Of a stretch of 57,124 nt of DNA, positions 35,449 through 45,129 are shown piece by piece. This stretch comes from Candidatus Omnitrophota bacterium. Its GTDB lineage: Bacteria > Omnitrophota > Omnitrophia > Omnitrophales > Danuiimicrobiaceae. The position numbers were made by a program, and so were the translations under genes. The stretch covers positions 1 through 57,124 of the forward strand of contig JAHFHD010000001.1 in the NCBI GenBank assembly GCA_023247075.1, read 5' to 3'. Positions within the stretch are counted from its first letter, which is position 1; every line of letters starts with the position of its first letter. The notes under the pieces are model-generated. The model had not been told where the DNA came from and searched no databases. It saw only the letters and a list, made by a program, of their open reading frames with translations.

Positions 35449-36683
35449 TGAAGAACAAATCACAGCGCCGTTACTGCCATCCCAATGCGCAAGGCTATTT
35501 TGGTGATTACGGCGGTCAGTTTGTTCCTGAAACACTTTCAAAGGCGCTTGATGAATTATGTAGTGGGTATGCACGCCTCAAAAAAAGCAAAGAATTTCAT
35601 CGAGAATTAAACAACTACCTCAAGAAATACGTTGGTCGGCCCACGCCGCTTTACTTCGCTCGTAATCTCAGCAAAAGACTCAATCGAAATCTAAAAATAT
35701 TTTTAAAGCGGGAAGATTTATGTCATACCGGCGCGCATAAAATTAACAACACAATTGGTCAGGGGCTTCTTGCGCAGTATTTAGGTAAGAGGCGGATTGT
35801 TGCAGAAACTGGCGCAGGTCAGCACGGGGTTGCCTCTGCAACTGCTGCGAGGCTTCTCAGTCTAGAGTGTGATGTGTACATGGGCTCTGAAGACATTAAG
35901 CGGCAAGCACTCAATGTGTACAAGATGCAGCTCCTTCGTGCCCGCGTTTTGCCGGTTCATTCCGGGTCCATGACGCTTAAAGATGCAACCAATGAAGCGA
36001 TTCGTGATTGGGTAACTCATGTTGACGGAACTTATTATTTATTGGGTTCTGTGGTTGGGCCACATCCATACCCCACCATTGTGCGGGATTTTCAATCGGT
36101 TATTGGTCGCGAAACACTGAAGCAGCTGAAAGAAGAAACGGGGGGGCGGGTTGATTTCTTACTTGCTTGTGTTGGAGGTGGAAGTAATGCAATGGGACTT
36201 TTCCACCCGTTTTTGAATCATAAAGTTCAAATGATTGGTGTTGAAGCAAGTGGTGAAGGGCTCTCGTCAAAACGCCATGCGGCTTCTATTTCAAAAGGTT
36301 CACCAGGAGTTTTGCATGGAATGAAAAGCATCGTGCTGCAGGACCAAAATGGACAGATTAAGCTTGCTCATTCAATTTCTGCCGGACTAGATTATCCATC
36401 TGTTGGACCGGAGCACGCATTTCTCAAACAAATCAAGCGAGTGAGTTACAAAACTGCAAGTGACCAAGACGCACTTTTTGGTTTTCACATGCTGGTTGAA
36501 GAAGAAGGAATTATGCCGGCTCTTGAGTCTTCCCATGCGATTGGGTATCTTACGAAGCACGCTCAAGAGTTTCCGCGTGGTTCCGTAATTGTTGTTAATT
36601 TGTCCGGCCGTGGCGACAAAGACATAGACATTATTCGAAAATTCAAACAGGTTCCAATCAGCGCCGAAGTGAATGAAAAATAG
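35448..36683 (+). CDS. trpB: Tryptophan synthase beta chain
   Basis: Motifs are GDYGGQFVPETL, HTGAHKINN (PLP lysine) and GGGSNAMG. The ATG at 35448 overlaps the batE stop (TAATG). Confidence 0.95.
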   Translation: MKNKSQRRYCHPNAQGYFGDYGGQFVPETLSKALDELCSGYARLKKSKEFHRELNNYLKKYVGRPTPLYFARNLSKRLNRNLKIFLKREDLCHTGAHKINNTIGQGLLAQYLGKRRIVAETGAGQHGVASATAARLLSLECDVYMGSEDIKRQALNVYKMQLLRARVLPVHSGSMTLKDATNEAIRDWVTHVDGTYYLLGSVVGPHPYPTIVRDFQSVIGRETLKQLKEETGGRVDFLLACVGGGSNAMGLFHPFLNHKVQMIGVEASGEGLSSKRHAASISKGSPGVLHGMKSIVLQDQNGQIKLAHSISAGLDYPSVGPEHAFLKQIKRVSYKTASDQDALFGFHMLVEEEGIMPALESSHAIGYLTKHAQEFPRGSVIVVNLSGRGDKDIDIIRKFKQVPISAEVNEK

Positions 36684-37473
36684 ACTGACGCAGCTGCTTT
36701 TAGAAACAAAGAAAAATAGGAAGAAAATTTTTTGTGCGTACATGACACTGGGATACCCCACGCTCACTCATTCAATCCAGGTAATTAAAGCGCTTGAAGA
36801 TTCAGGTGCTGATTTATTGGAAATAGGGTTTCCATTTTCGGACCCGCTTGCCGATGGCCCAACCATTCAGCGCGCTTCGCAAGAAGCGATTGAAAAGGGT
36901 ATTCAGTTTCAGGATTTTTTTAAGGCCATGCGTCTTTTAAGAAAAAACGGTCTTAAAGTGCCCGTCCTTTTGTTTTCATACTTCAATCCAATTTTTCATT
37001 ATGGCGTTTCGCGAACAGCAAGAGAACTTTTTGAAGTGGGTTGCGAGGGTGCAATCGTACCCGATTTACCGCCAGAAGAGGGGCGTGATTTAGAGGCGAG
37101 TTTTAGAAAATTTAATTTGTCTCTCGTTTATTTGGTGGCGCCTACAACGTCGCACGACCGGATGAAAATGATCGCACAACGCTCAAGTGGATTCGTGTAT
37201 TATGTTTCGCTTCGCGGCGTAACAGGTGTGCGTCGCGCGCTTCCTCACGATTTAACGAGTAATTTAAAAGTTCTGCGGAGTCTGACAAACAAACCAATTC
37301 TCGTTGGGTTTGGAATCTCAACACCAAAGCAAGCCCGTCAAGTTTGTCGGATGAGTGATGGAGTCGTAGTAGGAAGCGCTATTTTGAATGCGGTCAGAAA
37401 AAGTAATGGTCGAATGGATGGCATCAAGAAATTTACTCGGAGTCTTGTTGATTCGGTTCGAAGTGCTGAATGA
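36673..37473 (+). CDS. trpA: Tryptophan synthase alpha chain
   Basis: Motifs are LEIGFPFSDPLADGPTIQ, YFNPI and GFGIS. Confidence 0.93.
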   Translation: MKNRLTQLLLETKKNRKKIFCAYMTLGYPTLTHSIQVIKALEDSGADLLEIGFPFSDPLADGPTIQRASQEAIEKGIQFQDFFKAMRLLRKNGLKVPVLLFSYFNPIFHYGVSRTARELFEVGCEGAIVPDLPPEEGRDLEASFRKFNLSLVYLVAPTTSHDRMKMIAQRSSGFVYYVSLRGVTGVRRALPHDLTSNLKVLRSLTNKPILVGFGISTPKQARQVCRMSDGVVVGSAILNAVRKSNGRMDGIKKFTRSLVDSVRSAE

Positions 37474-37898
37474 GGATTCTTGCACTTGATATTGGTCAGA
37501 AGCGGATTGGTTTGGCTCAAAGTGATGAGCTCAAGCTCCTTGCTGAATCGCACGGTTTCATTGAGCGGAGAACTGACAAGCAAGCAATTGAGGAAATTCG
37601 GTCATTCGTTTCTACCTTGCAAGCCAACACGATTGTTGTTGGTCTTCCCAAGCACATGAATGGGGATGAAGGGGAACAAGCAAAGAAAGCCCGTTCATTT
37701 GCTGAGAGCCTCGCGTTAGAAAGTTCCATTCAAATTGTTTTTTGGGATGAACGCTTGACCACGCGTCAAGTGGAGCGCGAACTAATTGCGCGTGACATGA
37801 GCCGCAGTAAAAGAAAACTGAAGCGTGACGCAGCAGCAGCAGAAATCCTGCTTCAAAATTATTTAGATTTTTTAAATCATCACGGAGAAAAACAGTAA
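37470..37898 (+). CDS. ruvX: Putative pre-16S rRNA nuclease / Holliday-junction-resolvase-like YqgF
   Basis: Motifs are MRILALDIGQKRIGLAQSD, VVGLPKHMNG and WDERLTT. Confidence 0.9.
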   Translation: MRILALDIGQKRIGLAQSDELKLLAESHGFIERRTDKQAIEEIRSFVSTLQANTIVVGLPKHMNGDEGEQAKKARSFAESLALESSIQIVFWDERLTTRQVERELIARDMSRSKRKLKRDAAAAEILLQNYLDFLNHHGEKQ

Positions 37899-39169
37899 TG
37901 TTTAAAAGAACTTGTTTGAAAAATGGACTTCAAATTGTAACGAATCGCTTGAGTGGACGAGAATCTCTTGCGCTTGCCATTTGGGTGCGAGTGGGCGCTC
38001 GTCATGAATCAAAAGAGTTTTCCGGCATCTCGCATTTTGTGGAGCACATGCTTTTTAAGGGAACGAAAGTACGTTCGACACGCGCCATTAAAGAAGAAAT
38101 CGAAGGGGTTGGTGGTTCTATGAATGCATTTACCGGGGAAGAAAGTACCTGTTATTTTGTAAAGATTCCAAAGCGATACCTGCGCGAGTCTTTTGATGTG
38201 CTGCAGGACATGGTCAACCACAGTGTGTTTGAGCCCAAAGAATGCGAAAAAGAGCGCGCAGTAATTTTGGAAGAAATTAAAATGTATTTAGATCAACCTG
38301 CTCAACATGTGCAGGAAATCATCAGCGAACTTTTGTGGCTCAATCAGCCGCTTGGCCGTTCAATTGCCGGAACTACCGAGTCAGTCTCCAGAATTCAAAG
38401 GGCAGATCTTTTGCGCCACGTGGCCGAGTATTACCATCCGCAAAATTTACTCATTGCCGCGTGTGGTGACATTGAACATGAGCAAATTGTGAGCTTGGCA
38501 ACGCACTCATTTGGCCGGGGGGTTAAAAATCAGAAATCAAATTTTGCGCCTGCTCTGCATGGAAAAAGTGAGTTAAAATCGCGAACGCGGCTGATTGAAA
38601 AGAAGACAGAGCAAACTCATTTTGTGATGGGGTATCACGGATTTCACAGAGCTCACCCCGCGCGATATCAGCTTGCCGTACTCAATATTATTTTGGGTGG
38701 AAACATGAGCAGCCGCTTGTTTGAAGAGGTTAGGGAACAGCGCGGGCTTGCTTATGAAATTCGGTCTGGAGTAGGTTTTTTTGAAGATGCAGGTGCCGTG
38801 ACGATTTCGGCTGGCGTGGAACCCGCCAAGGTTTCTTTGACACTTGAAGTGGTCTTAAAGGAGCTTGAGAAACTAAGGAAGGCTTTAATTCCAAAATTGG
38901 AGCTTGAACGCGCAAAAGATTATTTGATTGGGCAGATGGTTCTTGGTCTTGAGGACACCCTTGACAATGCACTTTGGTTCGGTGAAAAAATTCTTTATGG
39001 TGGTAACGCGCCTCAGGTAAAACGGGTTAGTCGTTACATCGAGAAGGTGACAGCGCTTGAATTGCGTGAGCTTGCAAACGCCCTCTTTCAAAAAGAGAAA
39101 GTCCATTTGGCACTGATTGGCCCACTCGCTAAATCTGACAAGCAGAAAATTTATGAGACGATTTCATGA
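37898..39169 (+). CDS. M16-family zinc metallopeptidase (pitrilysin-like)
   Basis: It has the inverted zincin motif HFVEHMLFKG with a downstream E (ILEEI). The length of ~420 aa is typical. Confidence 0.87.
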   Translation: MFKRTCLKNGLQIVTNRLSGRESLALAIWVRVGARHESKEFSGISHFVEHMLFKGTKVRSTRAIKEEIEGVGGSMNAFTGEESTCYFVKIPKRYLRESFDVLQDMVNHSVFEPKECEKERAVILEEIKMYLDQPAQHVQEIISELLWLNQPLGRSIAGTTESVSRIQRADLLRHVAEYYHPQNLLIAACGDIEHEQIVSLATHSFGRGVKNQKSNFAPALHGKSELKSRTRLIEKKTEQTHFVMGYHGFHRAHPARYQLAVLNIILGGNMSSRLFEEVREQRGLAYEIRSGVGFFEDAGAVTISAGVEPAKVSLTLEVVLKELEKLRKALIPKLELERAKDYLIGQMVLGLEDTLDNALWFGEKILYGGNAPQVKRVSRYIEKVTALELRELANALFQKEKVHLALIGPLAKSDKQKIYETIS

Positions 39170-39825
39170 CTTTGAATAGAACAAAAAGATTAATCGCGCC
39201 CAGCATTTTATCAGCCGATTTCAACCGCCTTGGTCATGAAATTCAGGATGTGGAAAAAGCTGGTTGTGATTGGATTCATATTGATGTCATGGATGGACAT
39301 TTTGTGCCCAATCTGACACTTGGCCCTCCGATTATTCGTTCCATCCGAAAAGAAACAAAATTACCGTTTGATGTCCATCTCATGATTGCAGAGCCGCTTC
39401 GGTACCTAAGTGATTTTTCTGAGGCAGGGTCAGATATTATTACTGTACATTTGGAAGCGTGCCACAACTTAAAGGAAACGCTTAGCGAAATTAAAAAACT
39501 AAAGAGATTATGCGGTCTTTCCCTCAAGCCAGGCACTTCTGCTCAAAAGCTTGAACCTTATTTAAAGCTTGTGGATTTAGTTCTTGTCATGACGGTAGAG
39601 CCGGGGTTTGGAGGTCAGTCATTCATGCCCAAAATGCTTGAAAAAGTAAAATGGCTAAGCAGTCGGTTTGACGGATTGATTTCGGTAGATGGAGGAATTG
39701 ATTTGGAGACCGGCCGAAAAGCAGCTGAATCCGGTGCAAATGTTTTTGTGGCGGGGTCATCTATTTTTCGCCAAAGTAATCGAAAAGAATTTATTGCTCA
39801 GTTCCGAAAGGCAGTGAGTATTTAA
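39166..39825 (+). CDS. rpe: Ribulose-phosphate 3-epimerase
   Basis: Motifs are IAPSILSADF, HIDVMDGHFVPNLT, VMTVEPGFGGQSF and VDGGI. Confidence 0.95.
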   Translation: MTLNRTKRLIAPSILSADFNRLGHEIQDVEKAGCDWIHIDVMDGHFVPNLTLGPPIIRSIRKETKLPFDVHLMIAEPLRYLSDFSEAGSDIITVHLEACHNLKETLSEIKKLKRLCGLSLKPGTSAQKLEPYLKLVDLVLVMTVEPGFGGQSFMPKMLEKVKWLSSRFDGLISVDGGIDLETGRKAAESGANVFVAGSSIFRQSNRKEFIAQFRKAVSI

Positions 39826-39826
39826 C

Positions 39827-41608
39827 GTGTATTTAGATCAGCTCCGAAATTTCTCAATCATCGCGCATATTGATCACGGCAAGTCGACACTTTCTGACCG
39901 ATTTTTGCTTGAGACCAACGCCATCTCACAGCGTGAATTTCAGGACCAATTCCTGGATGACATGGAGCTTGAACGGGAGCGTGGAATTACAATCAAAGCG
40001 CGCGCCGTGCGCATCTACTACAAGGATTATGTTCTTAATTTTATTGACACGCCTGGCCATGTGGATTTTACCTACGAAGTGTCCAAAAGTTTGTCAGCTT
40101 GTGAAGGGGTTCTCTTGCTTGTGGATGCAGCGCAAGGAGTTGAGGCACAGACCGTTTCAAATCTTTATTTGGCCAGGAAGCGAAATATGATTGTGATTCC
40201 AATTATCACCAAGACGGATCTTCCGAATGCAAATCCGGAACGTGTCCGCCACGAGACAGCTAAAATGCTTCAAATATCAGAAGATAAAATTCTGACTGTA
40301 AGTGCAAAGAAGGGGATTGGAATTTGTGAAGTCATGGATGCAATTATTGAACGGATTCCAGCACCCACAGGCAATCCTACCGCTCTATTAAAGGCGCTTG
40401 TGTTTGATTCTTATTATGACAGCTACCGAGGCGTGATTATTTATATTCGAATGATGGAAGGAACAGTTCGCACGGGTGACTTGATTCGGCTGATGCAAAG
40501 TGGATGTGTTTCTGAAGTACTTGAACTTGGCGTTTTGACACCTCACGAAAAACCAGTATTTGAAATGAAGACTGGAGAGGTAGGTTATTTGATTGGAAAC
40601 ATCAAACAGGTTAACCAGGTTCACGTTGGGGACACGGTCACTCATGACCAGGCCGCGGCGCTTGAGTCCCTTCCAGGCTACGAAGAGGTAAAACCCATGG
40701 TTTTTTGTGGTCTTTACCCGGTAAATGCGCAGGATTACACGCTGCTGCGAGATGCTTTGGACAAATTAAAACTCAATGATGCGTCTTTTACATATGAACC
40801 AGAAACTTCTACTTCACTTGGGTTTGGTTTCCGCGCAGGTTTTCTTGGACTCCTCCATATGGACATTATTAAAGAGCGGCTTGAGCGTGAATTCCAATTG
40901 TCCTTGCTTGTAACCGCGCCAAACGTTGTGTACCGAATTGTAACGAATGCAAATGAAGAATCATTTCTCGACAATCCAAGCAAGCTTCCTTCACCAAGTG
41001 AAATTCGTCTTTTCGAAGAGCCGTACATTGATGCCAATGTCCTAATTCCCGTAACTTCACTCGGCGCAATTATGAAACTGTGTCAAGAGAAACGCGGAAT
41101 TTATGTGAGCACTGAGTATTTGGATTCTGAGCGCGCCATGTTGACATACCAAATACCATTTGCTGAAATCGTACTTGATTTTTATGACAAAATTAAATCC
41201 ATCACCAGCGGGTATGGTTCGCTTAACTATGAGTTTATTGGGTATCAAGGGTCTGATTTGGTGAAGCTCGATGTTTTAATTAACGGAAGTGTGGTCGATG
41301 CATTGTCACAAATTACCGTGAGAGAAAGAGCATATTTAAAGGGAAAATCACTGGTTGAAAAACTCAAAGAAGTAATTCCGCGGCAGTTGTTTGAAGTCGT
41401 GATTCAAGCAGCCATTGGCTCAAAAATCATTGCGCGGGACTCGATTCGTCCGCTTGGGAAAAATGTAACAGCAAAATGTTATGGAGGCGACATCACACGG
41501 AAACGAAAACTTTGGGAAAAGCAGAAAGAAGGAAAGAAAAAGATGAAACGGATTGGAAAAGTTGATCTTCCTCAGGAAGCTTTCATTTCAATTTTGAAGG
41601 TAGATTAA
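39827..41608 (+). CDS. lepA: Translation elongation factor 4
   Basis: Motifs are IRNFSIIAHIDHGKSTL, DTPGHVDF and TKTDL, with the C-terminal LepA tail KCYGGDITRKRKLWEKQKEGKKKMK. The start is a GTG. Confidence 0.96.
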   Translation: MYLDQLRNFSIIAHIDHGKSTLSDRFLLETNAISQREFQDQFLDDMELERERGITIKARAVRIYYKDYVLNFIDTPGHVDFTYEVSKSLSACEGVLLLVDAAQGVEAQTVSNLYLARKRNMIVIPIITKTDLPNANPERVRHETAKMLQISEDKILTVSAKKGIGICEVMDAIIERIPAPTGNPTALLKALVFDSYYDSYRGVIIYIRMMEGTVRTGDLIRLMQSGCVSEVLELGVLTPHEKPVFEMKTGEVGYLIGNIKQVNQVHVGDTVTHDQAAALESLPGYEEVKPMVFCGLYPVNAQDYTLLRDALDKLKLNDASFTYEPETSTSLGFGFRAGFLGLLHMDIIKERLEREFQLSLLVTAPNVVYRIVTNANEESFLDNPSKLPSPSEIRLFEEPYIDANVLIPVTSLGAIMKLCQEKRGIYVSTEYLDSERAMLTYQIPFAEIVLDFYDKIKSITSGYGSLNYEFIGYQGSDLVKLDVLINGSVVDALSQITVRERAYLKGKSLVEKLKEVIPRQLFEVVIQAAIGSKIIARDSIRPLGKNVTAKCYGGDITRKRKLWEKQKEGKKKMKRIGKVDLPQEAFISILKVD

Positions 41609-42252
41609 TGAATCATATTTTACTTGGTGTTTTGGTGGCAGTAGCACTTGGCCTTTATTTTAAAAAAGGCATTCAAGGTGAGTGGCAGCTTTTTTGTGGA
41701 GACAGACGTCTGTGGTTAAAAAGAACTTGGAAGGAATGGGGAGAGCCTTTCGTTGTCGCAGCTATTATTGCGATTGTAATTCGAAGTTTTGTTTTGGGGC
41801 CATACAAAATTCCAACTGGCTCAATGCGTCCAACACTGATGGAGCAGGACCGTATTTTTGTTGACAAAATCACTTACCGGTTCAGGGAACCAAAACGCGG
41901 GGAAATTATTGTATTTAAGTACCCTGAGGAACCCAAAAAGGATTTTGTGAAGCGGCTGATTGCTTTTGGAGGTGAGAAAGTCATCATTAAGGAGGGCAAT
42001 GTGTTTGTGAACGGAACAAAACTTCAAGAACTTGCCCATGCGCCTATTTTTTATTACTACAATCGTGAAGACTGGACTTATGGAAAAGAGGGCGAGACGA
42101 TTTTGGTACCCGACCATTCTTTTTTTGTTTTGGGCGACAACAGTGCTCATTCAAGCGACAGCCGGAACTGGGGTTTTGTACCAAGACGAAATTTGGTAGG
42201 TCGCGCGTTTTTAGTTTGGTGGCCTTTGCGAAGAATTGGATTTCTTAAATAA
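41608..42252 (+). CDS. lepB: Signal peptidase I
   Basis: Motifs are PTGSMRPTL (catalytic Ser), VKRLIAFGGE (Lys box) and GDNSAHSSDSR. Confidence 0.92.
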   Translation: MNHILLGVLVAVALGLYFKKGIQGEWQLFCGDRRLWLKRTWKEWGEPFVVAAIIAIVIRSFVLGPYKIPTGSMRPTLMEQDRIFVDKITYRFREPKRGEIIVFKYPEEPKKDFVKRLIAFGGEKVIIKEGNVFVNGTKLQELAHAPIFYYYNREDWTYGKEGETILVPDHSFFVLGDNSAHSSDSRNWGFVPRRNLVGRAFLVWWPLRRIGFLK

Positions 42253-42321
42253 AATTTATTTTTTTTGAACTTAATTTTTTTAATCTACTGCCGTAAATTT
42301 AATCACTAAAGGGGATTCATA

Positions 42322-42972
42322 ATGGTTCAAGGGGAACTTTTTAGAGATGGTGAAAAAATTGAGACGGCTGAGTCCGTAAAATTGTCTTCATGGGCCGCCC
42401 AAGGCGTGACTTTTCAATTCAGCAGAATCTTAATTGCCGGCTTGTTTTTGATTGCTTTTGGAGTCGTGATTTATTGTTTTGGAGTTGAGCAGGGAAAGCG
42501 GGCGATGGAGCGGCATTATGAATCTTCGGGGTCTTCTTATGCGCAACCTTCTAGTGTTGCTGGTGCAAGTTCTAAAACACAGACAATTGTTTCGCGCCAG
42601 AACTCTTCAGGAGCTCAGGAATTGGTTGTGGTGGCAAATGAACCAGAACCCGAAGCATTGCCTGAAGAGCCATTAGGTAAAGCGACGGAAACTAGTGAAA
42701 TGGCGAAAACAACTTCTCCTGTCGATTCTTCACGTAAAGGCAAGGATCAATACACCATTCAGCTTGTTACTTACAAAGATCAATTACTTGCTAAAAACGA
42801 AGTTAATCGTTTAAGGGAAAAGGGTTATGAGAGCTTCATCATTCCAAGCGGCAGTTTTTATCAGGTATGCATCAATTATTATCAGTCAAAATTTGCTACT
42901 CGCTCAACACTTCATGAGCTTAAGGTAGAAGGACGCTACCCCGGCGCCTATGTTCGTCCAGTTACTCGGTAG
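42322..42972 (+). CDS. SPOR-domain protein, membrane anchored
   Basis: It has a TM helix (ILIAGLFLIAFGVVIYCFG), a low-complexity linker and a C-terminal SPOR-like fold (YTIQLVTYKDQLLAKNEVNRLREKGYESFIIP...YQVCINYY). Confidence 0.7.
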   Translation: MVQGELFRDGEKIETAESVKLSSWAAQGVTFQFSRILIAGLFLIAFGVVIYCFGVEQGKRAMERHYESSGSSYAQPSSVAGASSKTQTIVSRQNSSGAQELVVVANEPEPEALPEEPLGKATETSEMAKTTSPVDSSRKGKDQYTIQLVTYKDQLLAKNEVNRLREKGYESFIIPSGSFYQVCINYYQSKFATRSTLHELKVEGRYPGAYVRPVTR

Positions 42973-43134
42973 CAGATTTAAGGTTTAATTTCAAGCACCC
43001 ACGTTTGGTTGACTGCCCCTTCCAGGCAGCGATTTTTCAAATTTCTTTCCATCATATTGTTTCAGGGTTGACTCCTTATTTTTTGTAGAAAATCAATTTG
43101 AATCTGTTATAATACTCGTTGAAAGGAAATAACC

Positions 43135-43416
43135 ATGAGTCAACATTCAAGCTTAAAAGCAGCATCAGTCAGCGTGAAACACCGAAATGTTTTGAAACGC
43201 TACGAACGTATTCGCACCCTTCATGACAATGAAAAGTGGGGCGAACGAAAGTCGATTTACAAGCTTCCGAAACTCAAGATGATTAAATTGAAGGTCAAGA
43301 AAATTAAGGAAGCGAAGGAAACGGCTGCTCAAGCGGGGGCATCTACTGACCCAGCGGCACAAACACAAAAAACTAGCACACCAGCACCTCAGGAAAAATC
43401 AAAGGGCAAGCAATAG
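43135..43416 (+). CDS. Small basic protein (TIGR04137-like)
   Basis: MSQHSSLKAASVSVKHRNVLKRYERI...KLPKLK matches my recollection of the small-basic-protein family. The tail is Lys-rich. An extended -10 (TGtTATAAT, 43105-43113) and an AAGGAA RBS lie upstream. Confidence 0.55.
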   Translation: MSQHSSLKAASVSVKHRNVLKRYERIRTLHDNEKWGERKSIYKLPKLKMIKLKVKKIKEAKETAAQAGASTDPAAQTQKTSTPAPQEKSKGKQ

Positions 43417-43436
43417 GTGGCTTGTAATGTCGAGAA

Positions 43437-43925
43437 ATGAATGAAATAAAAATCAGACGATTTCAAACGGGTGATGAACAAAGTGTTTTGGAGTTGATTG
43501 AGAAAGTGCTCACAAGCGAGTTTCCGCTGGAAGCAAGCGCCTATTCTTCTGAAGACATCCAGGATATTTCAAATTCGTATGGAAAATTAGGAGAGGCATT
43601 TTTTGTTGCGGTGAAAAACAATCACATTGTTGGGACAGTTGGCATTAAGCGTGACGATGAAAGAACGGCGCTCTTGCGGCGGTTATTTGTGAAAGCAGAA
43701 GAAAGAAAACAGCGGCTTGGGGAAAAGCTAATTGATCAGGCTGTGGGGTTTGCGCGCGAGGTTGGTTATGATGAATTGATTTTTAAGACAACCTCAACAA
43801 TGAAACCAGCGGTGAAACTTGGTGAGAGAAAAGGGTTTGTACCGAAAGCGCGAATTAATGTGGGGCCAATTCAACTTTTGAAATTTGGATTAAATTTGAA
43901 AAAGCAAAATTTAAATCATCATTAA
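43437..43925 (+). CDS. GNAT-family N-acetyltransferase
   Basis: It has the acetyl-CoA-binding pattern RLFVKAEERKQRLGEKLI. The size (~160 aa) and beta-alpha pattern are typical. Confidence 0.8.
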   Translation: MNEIKIRRFQTGDEQSVLELIEKVLTSEFPLEASAYSSEDIQDISNSYGKLGEAFFVAVKNNHIVGTVGIKRDDERTALLRRLFVKAEERKQRLGEKLIDQAVGFAREVGYDELIFKTTSTMKPAVKLGERKGFVPKARINVGPIQLLKFGLNLKKQNLNHH

Positions 43926-43937
43926 GGAAAAAATATT

Positions 43938-44741
43938 ATGATGCCGAAAGGGCTTCTTAATTGGATTGAACGTGAAGAGCTAAAGCCGCTCAATGAAAAG
44001 GACATTCAAGAGCGGCTTTACGGTCAATATCGCAAGGGAATAGTTCGCACGCCTGACACCACACGCCAAAACGAATCAAAAAATGAAGGACGCTCTGAAT
44101 TCTCGTCTTCATCAAAATACGAAGTGACGAGTGGGCAATTAACTAATCCGTGGGAATCCTTGACTTTGTCCATACAGGGTGCGGCAAAAAGAATTCCGTG
44201 GCGGTTTGCGGGGGTTGTTTTGATTGTGTTGATTGCCTCACTGGTCGTTGGCCGTGGTACAGCAAATTGGATTGAACACATGAGAGAAACAAAGCGACTT
44301 CGCGAGGAAACTGTACGTGCAGAAAGTCTGCCTGTTGAGTTAAAGCCGAATGTTTCACAAAAGCGGTTGCGTAGTACAACTGAAGGCAGTGGGCCGTTAA
44401 CTTCTGTGGAACCGGAAAGTAAAGTGACGGCGAGCCTATTCAACCAAAAACAAAGTGCTCAGGTGGCAATTTCTAATGAAATGAAACAAAGAGTTTATGC
44501 AATTCAAATATGTACGTATCAACGAGAAGAAGATGCAAGCCATCTGGTGAGCGAGCTTGAAGCCCTGAAATTCGACGCATTTCATCGAAAAATACAATCA
44601 ACAAGCAGCCGGCCAAATTCATATTTTGTTGTTTTTTTGGGAAAGCGTGACACCTTTGGCGCTGCTCATGCCTTGCTCAAGGAATTCAAAAAAACAACAC
44701 TCTTCAATCATTTTTCAGACGCTTTTATCCGCTCACTTTAA
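43938..44741 (+). CDS. SPOR-domain protein, membrane anchored (second copy)
   Basis: It has a TM helix (FAGVVLIVLIASLVVG) and a C-terminal SPOR-like fold (YAIQICTYQREEDASHLVSELEALKFDAFHRK...YFVVFLG). Confidence 0.65.
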   Translation: MMPKGLLNWIEREELKPLNEKDIQERLYGQYRKGIVRTPDTTRQNESKNEGRSEFSSSSKYEVTSGQLTNPWESLTLSIQGAAKRIPWRFAGVVLIVLIASLVVGRGTANWIEHMRETKRLREETVRAESLPVELKPNVSQKRLRSTTEGSGPLTSVEPESKVTASLFNQKQSAQVAISNEMKQRVYAIQICTYQREEDASHLVSELEALKFDAFHRKIQSTSSRPNSYFVVFLGKRDTFGAAHALLKEFKKTTLFNHFSDAFIRSL

Positions 44742-44757
44742 ATCTTGAGGTAATTTT

Positions 44758-45129
44758 ATGACTTGGTCTGGATTAGACCAGCGCAGCTTTCCGCGTTTAG
44801 AGCTTCAATGTGATATCTGGGTTTTTGACAACCAGGAAACCCACATTCAAACGACGACTGAAAATGTTGGCGGTGGTGGTGTGTGCGTCATTTTAAACCG
44901 CCCATTAGAACGATTTTCAATGGTGAAGCTAAAACTTATTTTGCCAAGCGATTTTGCAAGAGAAATTGAAGCCGATGGCCGCGTGGTTTGGATTGTTTGC
45001 AGCACGAATCCCGCCACAGGCAAAAAATCTTATGACACGGGCGTTGAATTTGTAAACTTGAATGAACAGGACAAAAAGACATTGCTCAATATTGTCCGGA
45101 TGAACACGAGTCCAAGTGAGATATTGTGA
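44758..45129 (+). CDS. Single-domain PilZ protein (putative c-di-GMP receptor)
   Basis: It has an RxxxR motif (QRSFPR) and a D/NxSxxG-like motif (ENVGGGG) with the right spacing. Confidence 0.72.
   Translation: MTWSGLDQRSFPRLELQCDIWVFDNQETHIQTTTENVGGGGVCVILNRPLERFSMVKLKLILPSDFAREIEADGRVVWIVCSTNPATGKKSYDTGVEFVNLNEQDKKTLLNIVRMNTSPSEIL

Noticed and set aside
43013-43037. A rho-independent terminator after the first SPOR gene (CTGCC...GGCAG followed by a T5 run two nt downstream).
   Set aside because: The stem is only 5 bp and the T-run is interrupted, which is too weak to list as a feature.
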